Shown here: piece by piece, positions 17,918 through 28,226 of the stretch
Position numbering within the stretch: position 1 is the first letter of the stretch
How the letters are laid out: the number at the start of each line of letters is the position of its first letter
NCBI GenBank assembly: GCA_016742295.1
Contig: JACVCA010000001.1
Location: 1-30,805, forward strand
Direction: 5' to 3'
Length of the DNA stretch: 30,805 bases
DNA from: Alphaproteobacteria bacterium
GTDB taxonomy: Bacteria; Pseudomonadota; Alphaproteobacteria; JAGOMX01
Notes under the pieces: generated by a model
What the model was told of the DNA's origin: nothing
Databases searched by the model: none
The model's input: the letters and a program-made list of their open reading frames with translations, nothing else
Made by a program: the position numbers and the translations under genes

Positions 17918-19096
17918 ATGCAAAACCAATCACAATTATTCTTAGGAATTATCCTGATGCTTTTTATACTCCATCAAAGTTTGGCTTCTTCAGCCCCTAC
18001 TCCTAATCCTCAAATAAATACAAAAGTTGCAACCACTCCTTTGCGCCAAAAAATTGGGCAGATGATTATGATTGGTATACATGGGACTCAAAAGCAAGAT
18101 GCCGAAGTCAAACTGGCTCTATCTCAGGTTGAGCAGGGAGATGTCGGAGGAGTCTTATTTTTTGCCTATAATATTAAAAGTCCTCAACAAATCAAAAGGC
18201 TAACGGAGGCATTTTCTGTTGTAAACTCCCCTGAACCTTTATTGATTGCCATTGATCAGGAAGGTGGAAAAGTCCAAAGGCTTAAAAGGCTGAATGGCTT
18301 TACTGATTATGTTTCCGCTTATCAAGCGGCTCAAACAAAATCCATCTGTGAGGTAAAAGTTTATTACCAAGCTCTAGCCCAAGAACTTAAAAATGCTGGA
18401 TTTAATTTAAATTTTGCGCCTGTGGTTGATCTCCATGGATCTCCTCATGAGCCTCACTCTAAAGCAGCCTGCCCAGTGGTTGGTGGTCTTGAACGTAGTT
18501 TTGGAAAGGAACCGCAAACCGTTGTTGCTTATGCGAAGGCCTTTATAGAAGCTCATCATGCCGTCGGCCTTTTAACTAGCCTAAAACATTATCCCGGTCA
18601 TGGTCTTGCACAAAATGATAGCCACAAAGGCTTGGTAGATATTACAGCAAGCTATGATTCTCTGGAGCGCCAACCTTTCCGCCAACTAATTGCACAAGGA
18701 GTGGTTGATATGATTATGACTGCGCATTTGGTGCATCGCAAAGTTGATGCTAACTATCCCAGTACGTTGTCACAAAATTTTATCGGCCCATGGCTAAGAA
18801 ATGAAGACGGTTTTCAAGGGGTGGTGGTTACAGATGACCTAAACATGGGGGCCATCCAACAACATTACCAATTAAAAGAAATCGTACTACGAGCCATTAT
18901 GGCAGGAAACGACATCCTGGTATTTTCAAATAATGCACTTGCTGCTCAAGGGGTGAAAGGCTTTAAGGCTGATGCAACTATCGCCAGAAAGGTTATTCAA
19001 ATCGTTGAACAAGCTGTTACTGAAGGCCAGCTATCTGAAGAGCGGATTAATGCTTCTTTCATCAGAATCTTAAGTCTAAAAAAACGGTTGCAGTAA
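17918..19096 (+). CDS. nagZ: Exported GH3 beta-N-acetylhexosaminidase (NagZ-like)
   Basis: LIAIDQEGGKVQRL, NFAPVVD, KHYPGHG....DSH, MTAH, TDDLNMGAI; N-terminal signal peptide ending SLA-S. ATG at 17918 (ORF track starts at TTG 17915). Confidence 0.85.
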   Translation: MQNQSQLFLGIILMLFILHQSLASSAPTPNPQINTKVATTPLRQKIGQMIMIGIHGTQKQDAEVKLALSQVEQGDVGGVLFFAYNIKSPQQIKRLTEAFSVVNSPEPLLIAIDQEGGKVQRLKRLNGFTDYVSAYQAAQTKSICEVKVYYQALAQELKNAGFNLNFAPVVDLHGSPHEPHSKAACPVVGGLERSFGKEPQTVVAYAKAFIEAHHAVGLLTSLKHYPGHGLAQNDSHKGLVDITASYDSLERQPFRQLIAQGVVDMIMTAHLVHRKVDANYPSTLSQNFIGPWLRNEDGFQGVVVTDDLNMGAIQQHYQLKEIVLRAIMAGNDILVFSNNALAAQGVKGFKADATIARKVIQIVEQAVTEGQLSEERINASFIRILSLKKRLQ

Positions 19097-19127
19097 TCAC
19101 TCGTGACAAAATTGACTGGAATATACT

Positions 19128-20213
19128 TTGACATTGCATGATCTTTATCTCAATCACTGTGACAAAAATAAGTATCTCACAGATCCAAATCAAGAAAAAA
19201 TTATTGAAGCGCTTCAAGAGTTACCACAATCATTTGTCCACAGAAAAAACTTTCTTCATACCGCACAAGAAGCACTTCAATTCTTATGGGGTCAAAAAAA
19301 ACCTCTCCATATTCAAGGATTTTATATCCATGGTCAAGTGGGCCGCGGTAAAACAATGCTCATGGATTTGTTTTTCCAAAATGTCACACAAATTCGTAAA
19401 AAGCGTATGCATTTTTATGCTTTTATGCAAGAGGTCCATCAACGCATAAGAGTACTGAATGCCAGCCAATCTACAGATCAACCCGTCTTTCTAATGGCAA
19501 AAGAATTTGCGTTGCATTGTCAGCTGTTATGCCTTGATGAATTTCAAGTTAATGATATTGCAGATGCCATGATACTTGGACGGCTTTTTAAAGCTCTTTT
19601 TCAAGTAGGGGTCATAATTGTAATAACTGCAAACCAGCCTCCCCAAAATTTGTATTTAGGAGGACTCCACCGCGAACGCTTTTTACCATTCATAGAGCTT
19701 TTAATGGAACGACTACAGATCATTGAGTTAGAAGGTGAAATTGACTACAGGCGGGAGCTTCTGGCCCAATACCCAGGCTACTATTCACCCCTTACCCCCA
19801 AAACCGATGAAAGTTTACATAAATTGTTTCTTTTGCTAACAAACGGAACTAAGAGTTCTCCTTTTTATTTAGAGATTCACAAGCGTCACTGGCTTATTCC
19901 TAAGGCAGCTAATAGTGTTGGATGGGTACAGTTTAAAAATGTTTGTAAAGAGGCTCATGGAGCCGACGATTACCTGGCTCTGAGTGAGGCATTTAAGATC
20001 ATCTTTATTACGGACATTCCTCAGCTCACTCTAGATGATGTTAATGAAACAAAACGTTTTATAACTTTGATTGATATTCTTTATGACCAAAGAATTCATA
20101 CAATTGTTAGTGCTGCAGCGCCGGCCGATCAACTTTATCTCAAAGGCCCTTACCTTAGTGTTTTTGAGCGTACGACTTCAAGACTTATTGAGATGACCAG
20201 CAGGTCAAACTAA
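19128..20213 (+). CDS. zapE: Cell division ATPase ZapE (AFG1 family)
   Basis: GFYIHGQVGRGKTMLMDLFF, RMHFYAFMQEVH, CLDEFQVNDIADAMILGRL, GLHRERFLPFI, RFITLIDILYD, FERTTSRLIEM. Confidence 0.96.
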   Translation: MTLHDLYLNHCDKNKYLTDPNQEKIIEALQELPQSFVHRKNFLHTAQEALQFLWGQKKPLHIQGFYIHGQVGRGKTMLMDLFFQNVTQIRKKRMHFYAFMQEVHQRIRVLNASQSTDQPVFLMAKEFALHCQLLCLDEFQVNDIADAMILGRLFKALFQVGVIIVITANQPPQNLYLGGLHRERFLPFIELLMERLQIIELEGEIDYRRELLAQYPGYYSPLTPKTDESLHKLFLLLTNGTKSSPFYLEIHKRHWLIPKAANSVGWVQFKNVCKEAHGADDYLALSEAFKIIFITDIPQLTLDDVNETKRFITLIDILYDQRIHTIVSAAAPADQLYLKGPYLSVFERTTSRLIEMTSRSN

Positions 20214-20240
20214 ACTATACTTCTTTTTACCACGACAATT

Positions 20241-20270
20241 GAAGGGAGGTAAACTTTCAACCTCCCCTCT
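20241..20270. terminator. GC-rich hairpin between convergent genes, possible bidirectional terminator
   Basis: GAAGGGAGGT-AAACTTTCA-ACCTCCCCTC: 7-bp perfect core, 10 bp with a G-U on the minus strand; U-tract weak. Confidence 0.45.
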
Positions 20271-20334
20271 TTGAGCGATACCCTTTTTTATTCTAAGGGG
20301 TAAAATTTAATATACTTACAATCTTCATACATTT

Positions 20335-20523
20335 TTAAATTAAACTGTTAAAACAAACTTTCTTCTGTATGTCTTGTGTTTTACTAGAAAAGAAAGGAGA
20401 GTGCATATTCAAAGAGCGTAAGTAACTTCTTTCAGATGCATCTTCGGGACACCTTAAAGGTGAGGCTTCTAGTTGCTGTGTGCATATACCCACCACTATT
20501 CCTGTTACAATAATTTTAAACAT
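20335..20523 (-). CDS. Small putative secreted protein (62 aa), function unknown
   Basis: GAGGA SD 9 nt upstream of the ATG; signal-peptide-like MFKIIVTGIVVGICTQQLEA-S; occupies an otherwise empty gap. Confidence 0.5.
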   Translation of the reverse strand: MFKIIVTGIVVGICTQQLEASPLRCPEDASERSYLRSLNMHSPFFSSKTQDIQKKVCFNSLI

Positions 20524-20727
20524 TCCTTAATTTCCTCATTAAATAAAAAGTTAAACAACTACTTCTTGCAAGCGCAGGAAGCCCGATAGAAGATATCGAT
20601 TTCCTTTATATACATTATTTCCCTAACAAAAAAACATAAAATATCCTTATTGGCAATATAAGGTATTACTAAAGCAAAGTATTTCAATACAGAAAAGAAG
20701 TGGCCTTAAAATAAAGTCTTGAAAGAC

Positions 20728-21615
20728 TTAACTGCTAGATGACTTGAGGACCTCATCAAGATAGTCTGCAAGGGCAGTAACACGTTTTGAAGTTTTTAAA
20801 TGTTCAGGATAAATATAAAATATTTCGACGAGAGGTCCTTCACAATCAGGTAGAACCTCAACCAGATCTACCCCCTCTAATTCAGGATGCTTTGTCCCGA
20901 GTTCAACAATTCCTAACCCCAATTTCGCCGCTTTAAGAAGCCCTTGAGAGGAATTAATTTGTAAAAAAGGTTGACGCGGGTTTTCGGATTGAATTCCCAA
21001 ACGTAAAATCCAATTCACGTTGCCATAGGGATGTAAAGTATCACCCCCAAAACTAATAAGACGATGATGATCAAGATCTTGAGGAGTTTTAGGGGTTCCA
21101 TACTTTTCTAAATAATCCCGGCTTGCAAACAAACCAATACGAAAAGAAGTTAAAGGTTTTTGAACAAGGTCAGGCTGGTGGGGAATATAAGGTCTGATCA
21201 TAACATCAGCTTCATAAAGGTTTGTCCGTTCATCATCACCGAAAATAGTAAGCTGAATGTCAGGATATTTTTCAGAAAAACCAGGTATATAATTAATTAA
21301 CCAAGAATAAGCGATGCTATGAGTAGTTAAAACTTTGAGAAGACCACGCGGTTCAGTATCACCACCATGTAAAAAACGTGTCATCTCCTCTGCTTCAAGG
21401 AACATCTTATGAGCAAACCTATATAGGACTTCACCCTGCCGTGTTAATTCAATGCCACGAGGCTTGCGGTGAAACAATTTTGTATTGAGTGTTTTTGCAA
21501 GGATGCCAATGCTGCGACTCAAGGCAGGTTGACTTAAATCAAGAATAGTAGCGGCTTTGGTAAAACTACCAATTCTTGCCACATGATAGAACAACTTCAG
21601 TTTGTCCCAATCCAT
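20728..21615 (-). CDS. LysR-type transcriptional regulator, VtlR/LsrB-like
   Basis: MDWDKLKLFYHVARIGSFTKAA, LSQPALSR HTH, PDLVQK, DLDHHRLISFG, NPRQPFLQINS. Confidence 0.93.
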   Translation of the reverse strand: MDWDKLKLFYHVARIGSFTKAATILDLSQPALSRSIGILAKTLNTKLFHRKPRGIELTRQGEVLYRFAHKMFLEAEEMTRFLHGGDTEPRGLLKVLTTHSIAYSWLINYIPGFSEKYPDIQLTIFGDDERTNLYEADVMIRPYIPHQPDLVQKPLTSFRIGLFASRDYLEKYGTPKTPQDLDHHRLISFGGDTLHPYGNVNWILRLGIQSENPRQPFLQINSSQGLLKAAKLGLGIVELGTKHPELEGVDLVEVLPDCEGPLVEIFYIYPEHLKTSKRVTALADYLDEVLKSSSS

Positions 21616-21915
21616 TTAACAACTCCCTAAGTAATTTGTTATTAATATCATATAAATAAAAATTATTCCAGAGATAGTCAAAAGAACTAGACATAAAATA
21701 GCATTTTAAGATGCTTCATAACGAAATTCTCGTTTCCTTTCTGTCAGGCTTTAGCGCTTCATCATCTGAACTGGACTCAAATCCTTGCCTTAAAAGCTCT
21801 TCTTTAAAGAAATGCTTTAAATATGTTCCAACAAAGTGTAGATTTTTAAAAAGAAAAAATTAGAAACATACTAATTTTAAATCATCAGCGCTTAATACGT
21901 TATTAAAGGACACGA

Positions 21916-22533
21916 TTGTTCCCAATGGATGGTTTTGAACTTAATAAAATTGTCGCATCTATATTACTAACACTTGTGATTGGAATGGCTTCAAGCCTCA
22001 TCTCTGATGCCTTAGTTACACCAAAGCCTCTCCTTCATAATGTTTATATTGTACCAGGAGTTAAAAAAAATGAACTTTTGTCGGCCTCTACGTTAGAAAA
22101 TGATCCCCCTCCTATTGAGCCACTACTTGCTACAGCAAATGTTGAAAATGGTGCTAAAATTGCAAAGAAATGCGTGCAATGTCATAGCTTGGAAAAGGGA
22201 GGCGCTAATCGTATTGGACCTAACTTATGGGGAATCATTAAGAATAAAATGGCCCATGCTATAGGATTTCCGTACTCAAAAGGGCTTGAGGCTAAAAAAG
22301 ATACCTGGACCTTTGAAAATTTAAATCATTTTATTTATAAACCTCGCGGTTTTATCGCCGGAACAAAAATGTCCTTTGCTGGTTTGGGAAAGGCTCAAGA
22401 TCGTGCTGATTTAATTGCCTATCTTAATACCTTAAGTGATGTTCCTCAGCCCTTGCCATCCTCAACTCAAGAGAGTAAAAAAAACTCAAAGAAAGATATT
22501 CATTCAAAAAGTGAGAATATTAATCAACCATGA
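21916..22533 (+). CDS. cycM: Membrane-anchored class I cytochrome c (CycM-like)
   Basis: MDGFELNKIVASIL anchor, heme motif CVQCH, GPNLWGI, PRGFIAGTKMSFAG, RADLIAYL. Start either TTG 21916 (better SD spacing) or ATG 21925. Confidence 0.9.
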   Translation: MFPMDGFELNKIVASILLTLVIGMASSLISDALVTPKPLLHNVYIVPGVKKNELLSASTLENDPPPIEPLLATANVENGAKIAKKCVQCHSLEKGGANRIGPNLWGIIKNKMAHAIGFPYSKGLEAKKDTWTFENLNHFIYKPRGFIAGTKMSFAGLGKAQDRADLIAYLNTLSDVPQPLPSSTQESKKNSKKDIHSKSENINQP

Positions 22534-24404
22534 GAAAAATACTTGTAAGCTACATCGCAAAAACTCTATACGTGAGTTTCATCTCATGGATGGGCTTCAT
22601 GTCCATTGCTCTCGCAACCTTTGAAAAACCTTATCCATCTCATGGAATAGATCTTTATAATCAACTTAAATATGCCGAAGATTTTAAAAATTTTGATTAC
22701 GTAAATCCTAATGCTCCTAAAGGGGGGGAACTGATTCTTGCAGCTATTGGTGGATTTGATAGTCTTAATCCCTTTGTGATTAAAGGAGTACCCGCCGCAG
22801 GAATGACCTATATTTACGCCTCTTATTTTTATGCCACTCTATTAGCTCACTCCTCTGATGAACCTCTTGCTGCTTATGGATATATTGCAGAAAAGATAGA
22901 ACTTGCTCCCGATCGTTCGTGGATCATTTTTACTCTTCGTAAGAACGCTACGTTCCATGATGGCACATCCATTACTCCTGAGGATGTAATCTTTACTTTT
23001 AATACACTTAAAGAAAAAGGAAATCCGTTTTTTAAAGCGTATTACCGTGAAATCATCAATGTTGAACAAGTCGGCAAGAATCAAGTCAAATTTAGCCTCT
23101 TATCAGGAAAGAATCTAGAACTGCCAGTAATTGTTGGTGATATGCCTATTCTTTCAAAAAATTATTACACAAAGCATAATTTCGAAGATGCTGGCCTTGT
23201 TCTTCCCTTAGGAAGTGGTCCTTATAAAATCGAAGCCATTGATGCCGGCAAATCGATTACCTATAAGCGTATAGAAAACTGGTGGGGTGAGAACTTACCC
23301 GTTAATAAAGGTCACTATAATTTTAATAAAATTAAATACCTCTACTTCCGTGATGGCACAGTTGCATTTGAAGCCTTTAAATCCGGTGCTTATGATTTTA
23401 GGATCGAGAACGAATCAAAGAATTGGGCTAAAGGATATGATTTACCTGCGGTTAAACAAGGAAAATTGATTAAAAAGACTATTCCACACCACATGATTCA
23501 AGGCATGCAAGCCTTGATTTTTAATACACGTCGGGACTTATTTAAAAATTCAGAGGTGCGTCAAGCTTTAAGCTTGCTGTTTGACTTTGAGTGGATGAAT
23601 AAGAATCTTTTTTATGGTTTTTATAAACGTACAAATAGCTATTTTGAAAACTCAGAACTTGCTGGTCATGGTTTGCCTGAACAGGATGAGCTTAAAATCT
23701 TAGAAGCCTACCGCTCACAATTACCAAATGAGGTTTTTACGACTGCTTTCCAGATGCCTATCCTTGATGGGACAAGTAATATTCGCCCACAAATAAGGAA
23801 GGCACAAGACCTTCTCAAACAAGCAGGATGGGTCATGCAAAGCCAAAAACTGATTCACACAAAAACCAATCAGCCCTTTACCTTTGAAATTCTTACCGAT
23901 CAGCCAGTTTACATAAGAATCTTGCAGGGATTTGTGAATAATCTTAAACGAGTAGGTATTGAAGCCAACATTCGCTTGGTTGATGCCGCGCAATATGAAT
24001 CACGTACGGCGAATTTCGATTTTGATATGATTGTACAAAAAATTGGTCAATCCCCCTCTCCTGGCAATGAACAAGTCGAATTTTGGTCTTCAAAAACTGC
24101 CAATATTAAAGGCAGCTTTAATTATGCAGGTATCAAAAACCCGGTGATTGATAGACTTATCGAACAGGTTGTAAAAGCAAGTTCACGCAAACTTTTAATT
24201 GCAGCTACTCGCGCTCTTGATCGGGTTTTACTATGGAATTACTATGTAATCCCTATGTGGCATAACAACACTTATTGGGTTGCATATTGGAACAAATTTG
24301 GTCAACCTAAGGTTATTCCTGCCTATAATTTTCCTTTAGATACTTGGTGGGTCGATTCAAAACTTGAGGAAAAATTAATTGGTTATAAAATACATGAAAA
24401 ATAA
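22530..24404 (+). CDS. yejA: Peptide ABC transporter substrate-binding protein YejA
   Basis: [82 protein letters not shown]; ATGA overlap with cycM. Confidence 0.93.
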   Translation: MRKILVSYIAKTLYVSFISWMGFMSIALATFEKPYPSHGIDLYNQLKYAEDFKNFDYVNPNAPKGGELILAAIGGFDSLNPFVIKGVPAAGMTYIYASYFYATLLAHSSDEPLAAYGYIAEKIELAPDRSWIIFTLRKNATFHDGTSITPEDVIFTFNTLKEKGNPFFKAYYREIINVEQVGKNQVKFSLLSGKNLELPVIVGDMPILSKNYYTKHNFEDAGLVLPLGSGPYKIEAIDAGKSITYKRIENWWGENLPVNKGHYNFNKIKYLYFRDGTVAFEAFKSGAYDFRIENESKNWAKGYDLPAVKQGKLIKKTIPHHMIQGMQALIFNTRRDLFKNSEVRQALSLLFDFEWMNKNLFYGFYKRTNSYFENSELAGHGLPEQDELKILEAYRSQLPNEVFTTAFQMPILDGTSNIRPQIRKAQDLLKQAGWVMQSQKLIHTKTNQPFTFEILTDQPVYIRILQGFVNNLKRVGIEANIRLVDAAQYESRTANFDFDMIVQKIGQSPSPGNEQVEFWSSKTANIKGSFNYAGIKNPVIDRLIEQVVKASSRKLLIAATRALDRVLLWNYYVIPMWHNNTYWVAYWNKFGQPKVIPAYNFPLDTWWVDSKLEEKLIGYKIHEK

Positions 24405-24418
24405 GGTTTAAGTTTCAT

Positions 24419-25528
24419 ATGCTAACGTATTTTTTAAAGCGATTGGCATTGATTATACCCACGTTATTTGGGATTATTTTAATTAATTTTATCATCGTAC
24501 AAGCAGCACCAGGTGGCCCTGTTGAGCAGATGATTGCCAAAATCCGCGGCACAGCCGTTGATGCTACAGCCCGCATTGGGGGAGGATTTGGTGATATGTC
24601 AGGCGGGCCTTTTAATGACATGGCGGCTCATCAAGGTATGGAGAGTAAATATCGGGGTGCACGAGGGCTCGACCCAGAATTTATCAGCAAAATTGAAAAA
24701 ATGTACGGCTTTGATAGACCAGCCTATGAACGCTTTATCATTCTGGTGAAGGGGTATTTGCGGTTTGATTTAGGAGATAGTTATTTTAAAGATCAATCGG
24801 TTGTCAGTTTAATTCTGAGTAAGATGCCTGTTTCGATTTCATTAGGTCTATGGACCACACTCTTTATTTACCTGATCTCTATTCCTTTGGGAATTGCCAA
24901 AGCAAAACGAGACGGTACAGCCTTTGATACCTGGAGTAGCGCTATTATTGTAGTGGGATATGCAATCCCCGGTTTTCTTTTTGCTATCTTTTTGATCGTA
25001 TTTTTTGCAGGCGGAAACTTTTGGCATTTTTTTCCTTTGCGCGGTCTCATATCAGAAGGTTGGGAAAATTTCTCTATTGTTGAGAAAGTGCGGGATTATT
25101 TTTGGCATATTACTTTACCTGTACTCTCACTAGTAATCGGTGGATTTGCAAGTTTGACGCTTTTAACCAAGAATTCATTCGTTGAGGAGATTAATAAACA
25201 ATATGTGCTTACCGCTCGAGCAAAAGGTTTAACTGAACAACGAGTTTTATATGGCCATATCTTCCGTAATGCGATGTTAATTGTCATTGGAGGGTTACCC
25301 GCAGCTTTTGCGCATATACTCTTTACAGGCGCGTTACTTGTCGAGGTTATTTTTTCTCTCGATGGGCTCGGTTTATTAGGCTTTGAGGCTGCTATAAGCC
25401 GGGACTATCCTGTCATGTTTGGGACGCTTTATATCTTTACCCTAATTAATTTGGTCGTATACTTACTGGGAGACCTTACCTACCGCTTAGTTGACCCGCG
25501 GATTGATTTTGCAAAGCGACAAGGTTAA
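24419..25528 (+). CDS. yejB: Peptide ABC transporter permease YejB
   Basis: [69 protein letters not shown]. Confidence 0.95.
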   Translation: MLTYFLKRLALIIPTLFGIILINFIIVQAAPGGPVEQMIAKIRGTAVDATARIGGGFGDMSGGPFNDMAAHQGMESKYRGARGLDPEFISKIEKMYGFDRPAYERFIILVKGYLRFDLGDSYFKDQSVVSLILSKMPVSISLGLWTTLFIYLISIPLGIAKAKRDGTAFDTWSSAIIVVGYAIPGFLFAIFLIVFFAGGNFWHFFPLRGLISEGWENFSIVEKVRDYFWHITLPVLSLVIGGFASLTLLTKNSFVEEINKQYVLTARAKGLTEQRVLYGHIFRNAMLIVIGGLPAAFAHILFTGALLVEVIFSLDGLGLLGFEAAISRDYPVMFGTLYIFTLINLVVYLLGDLTYRLVDPRIDFAKRQG

Positions 25529-25530
25529 AC

Positions 25531-26571
25531 ATGCTTAGCAATTTGTGCTCCAAAATCAGCCCTCTCACACAACGGCGTATTCAACATTTCAAGGCGAACC
25601 GGCGTGGGTTTTGGTCCCTATGGATCTTTTCGGTTATTTTTATTTTCACGCTTTTTGCTGAATTCATTGCTAATGATAAGCCTTTAATGGTATCCTTCGA
25701 TGATGAGCTTTATTATCCAGTTTTCAAGTCTTATTCTGAAACCACTTTTGGGGGAGAATTTGAAGCTGAAGCCAATTATAAAGATCCTTATGTGAGTGAG
25801 CTCATCCAAAAAAAAGGCTGGATGTTATGGCCCCCCCTTCGATACAGTTATAATACCATCAATTATAACCTACATCAGCCGGCTCCCTCATCCCCATCTC
25901 GCGAGAACTTACTAGGCACTGATGACCAAGGCCGTGATGTTCTTGCACGCCTTATCTATGGCTTTAGGCTTTCAGTGTTATTTGGTCTTACATTGACATT
26001 ATTTAGTTCTATAATTGGTGTTGTAGCAGGAGCAGTCCAAGGTTATTTTGGAGGAGTGATTGATATTACCTTTCAACGTGTTATTGAAATCTGGTCTGGT
26101 CTCCCTGTCTTGTTTCTCCTTATTATCCTTGGTAGCCTTGTTGAACCAAATTTCTGGTGGCTCATTAGTTTAATGCTTTTGTTTAGTTGGATGTCACTTG
26201 TAAACGTTGTACGTGCTGAATTTTTACGTGCTCGTAACTTTGATTATGTCAAAGCTGCAAGAGCGCTTGGACTCCCCACACCTCTCATTATGTTTCGCCA
26301 TGTTCTACCAAATGCAATGGTAGCAACGTTAACCTACATTCCTTTTATTTTAAATGGTTCAATAACAACGCTCACTTCGCTTGATTTCCTAGGTTTTGGT
26401 CTTCCCCCTGGCTCTCCTTCATTAGGCGAAATGCTTGCTCAAGGAAAAAATAATCTCTACGCTCCCTGGCTCAGTCTAACCTCATTTACGGTTGTGGCGT
26501 TTCTTTTGACATTATTGGTCTTTATTGGCGAAGCTATACGGGATGCTTTTGATCCTCGGAAAACAAATTGA
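25531..26571 (+). CDS. yejE: Peptide ABC transporter permease YejE
   Basis: FKANRRGFWSLWIF, AEFIANDKP, LGTDDQGRDVLARLIYGFR, VRAEFLRARNFDYVKAARALG, GEAIRDAFDPRK. Confidence 0.95.
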   Translation: MLSNLCSKISPLTQRRIQHFKANRRGFWSLWIFSVIFIFTLFAEFIANDKPLMVSFDDELYYPVFKSYSETTFGGEFEAEANYKDPYVSELIQKKGWMLWPPLRYSYNTINYNLHQPAPSSPSRENLLGTDDQGRDVLARLIYGFRLSVLFGLTLTLFSSIIGVVAGAVQGYFGGVIDITFQRVIEIWSGLPVLFLLIILGSLVEPNFWWLISLMLLFSWMSLVNVVRAEFLRARNFDYVKAARALGLPTPLIMFRHVLPNAMVATLTYIPFILNGSITTLTSLDFLGFGLPPGSPSLGEMLAQGKNNLYAPWLSLTSFTVVAFLLTLLVFIGEAIRDAFDPRKTN

Positions 26572-28226
26572 TGATCCAACAATCTCCTGAACGAATATTA
26601 CTTGAAGTTAAGAATCTTTCGGTTTCTTTTGGGCATGACAAGAAGGAATTTAAAGCAGTTGATCAAATCTCTTTTAAGATTAAACACGGCGAAACCCTGG
26701 CTCTTGTTGGGGAGAGTGGTTCAGGCAAGACTATTTCAGCACTTTCAATCTTAAGACTTTTGCCTTATCCACTTGCTTATCATCCCAGTGGCCAAATCCT
26801 ACTCGATGGTGAAGATCTTCTTAAAGCGCCGCAAGATCACCTTCATACGATACGAGGGGGAAGAGTGGGTATGATTTTTCAAGAGCCTATGACCTCTTTA
26901 AATCCTCTTCATACGATTGAAAATCAAATTGGAGAATCGCTAAAACTTCATACGTCATTAACTTCAGAACAAATTAAATTGCGACTCCTTGAACTCTTAG
27001 ATTTAGTAGGTTTTTCGGAGGGTACTTCTCGTCTTCAAGCCTATCCCCATGAACTATCAGGTGGGCAACGCCAACGGGTCATGATGGCTATGGCACTTTC
27101 AGCCAATCCTGCTCTTTTAATTGCTGATGAACCCACGACAGCCCTCGATGTAACAACTCAGGCTCATATTTTAGAGCTTTTAAAAAATATTCAGACCAAA
27201 CTGGGAATGGCAATTTTATTTATTACTCACGACCTTGGAATTGTACGTAAATTTGCTCATCGGGTTGCCATTATGCAGAAGGGACAACTTGTAGAGAGTG
27301 GGAAAGTTGCAGAAGTTTTTTCAAATCCCAAACAGCTATATACCCGCCATCTTTTGGCCGCTGAACCTAAAGGTCGCGCTGTCCCGCTTACGCCAGATGC
27401 GCCCATAATTTTGAAAGCCAGCAATTTAGAAGTATTTTTTCCTTTAAAATCTGGTTTTTTGCAGAAGAGGAAGTCAGTCTTACATGCTGTTAAAGATGTA
27501 TCGCTAACACTTTCAGCCGGCCAGACATTAGGCATTGTTGGCGAGAGTGGTTCGGGAAAAACAACTCTTGCGATGGCTATACTGCGACTTCAAGACTCAA
27601 CCGGCCTGATAGAACTTAAAGGCCAAGAACTTCAAGCACTTTCAAACCGTAAATTAAGGCCCCACCGCCGCCATATGCAAATTGTCTTTCAAGACCCTTA
27701 TGGATCTTTGAGCCCCCGCATGACGATCTCAGAGATTATCGGTGAAGGTCTTAAAATTCATCACTTAGCTAAGGATACTCAGCATCAAAGTGAATTGGTC
27801 AAACAGGCGCTGTACAATGTAGGTTTAGAGCCAGAGATGATGTACCGCTATCCCCATGAATTTTCAGGCGGACAACGTCAGCGCATTGCGCTTGCACGTG
27901 CATTAGTCTTAAAACCCTCACTCTTAGTTCTTGATGAGCCGACCTCTGCGCTGGACCGCGCAGTCCAAGTTGACATGATCGATATCCTTCGTAAACTCCA
28001 ACACCAAAACCAATTGGCTTATTTATTTATTAGTCATGACCTTAAAGTCGTTCGAGCCATCAGCCATCAAATTCTTGTCATGTATAAAGGTCAAGTAGTG
28101 GAAAGGGGAACCACTGAACAAATTTTCGAATCCCCTCAACACCCTTATACACAATCCCTCATTGCAGCTGCATTTGATCTCAAAACAACTGACTACATTT
28201 TAGAGGATAAACCTATTTCTCAATAA
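26571..28226 (+). CDS. yejF: Peptide ABC transporter double-ATPase YejF
   Basis: Two NBDs (GESGSGKT twice; LSGGQRQR and FSGGQRQR; DEPT twice). ATG overlaps the yejE stop (TGATG). Confidence 0.94.
   Translation: MIQQSPERILLEVKNLSVSFGHDKKEFKAVDQISFKIKHGETLALVGESGSGKTISALSILRLLPYPLAYHPSGQILLDGEDLLKAPQDHLHTIRGGRVGMIFQEPMTSLNPLHTIENQIGESLKLHTSLTSEQIKLRLLELLDLVGFSEGTSRLQAYPHELSGGQRQRVMMAMALSANPALLIADEPTTALDVTTQAHILELLKNIQTKLGMAILFITHDLGIVRKFAHRVAIMQKGQLVESGKVAEVFSNPKQLYTRHLLAAEPKGRAVPLTPDAPIILKASNLEVFFPLKSGFLQKRKSVLHAVKDVSLTLSAGQTLGIVGESGSGKTTLAMAILRLQDSTGLIELKGQELQALSNRKLRPHRRHMQIVFQDPYGSLSPRMTISEIIGEGLKIHHLAKDTQHQSELVKQALYNVGLEPEMMYRYPHEFSGGQRQRIALARALVLKPSLLVLDEPTSALDRAVQVDMIDILRKLQHQNQLAYLFISHDLKVVRAISHQILVMYKGQVVERGTTEQIFESPQHPYTQSLIAAAFDLKTTDYILEDKPISQ

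Noticed and set aside
21716-21859. 47-codon open frame on the minus strand between LysR and cycM
   Set aside because: No ATG start or SD and no recognisable similarity.
21892-21906. CtrA-like TTAA-N7-TTAA upstream of cycM
   Set aside because: Lacks the terminal C on both strands and is expected by chance at this AT content.
664-27535. Short antisense or overlapping ORFs of 60-103 aa in the ORF track (e.g. 664-891, 6200-6388, 12007-12264, 19138-19449, 27257-27535)
   Set aside because: All lie within well-supported genes and show no motifs; they are shadow ORFs.
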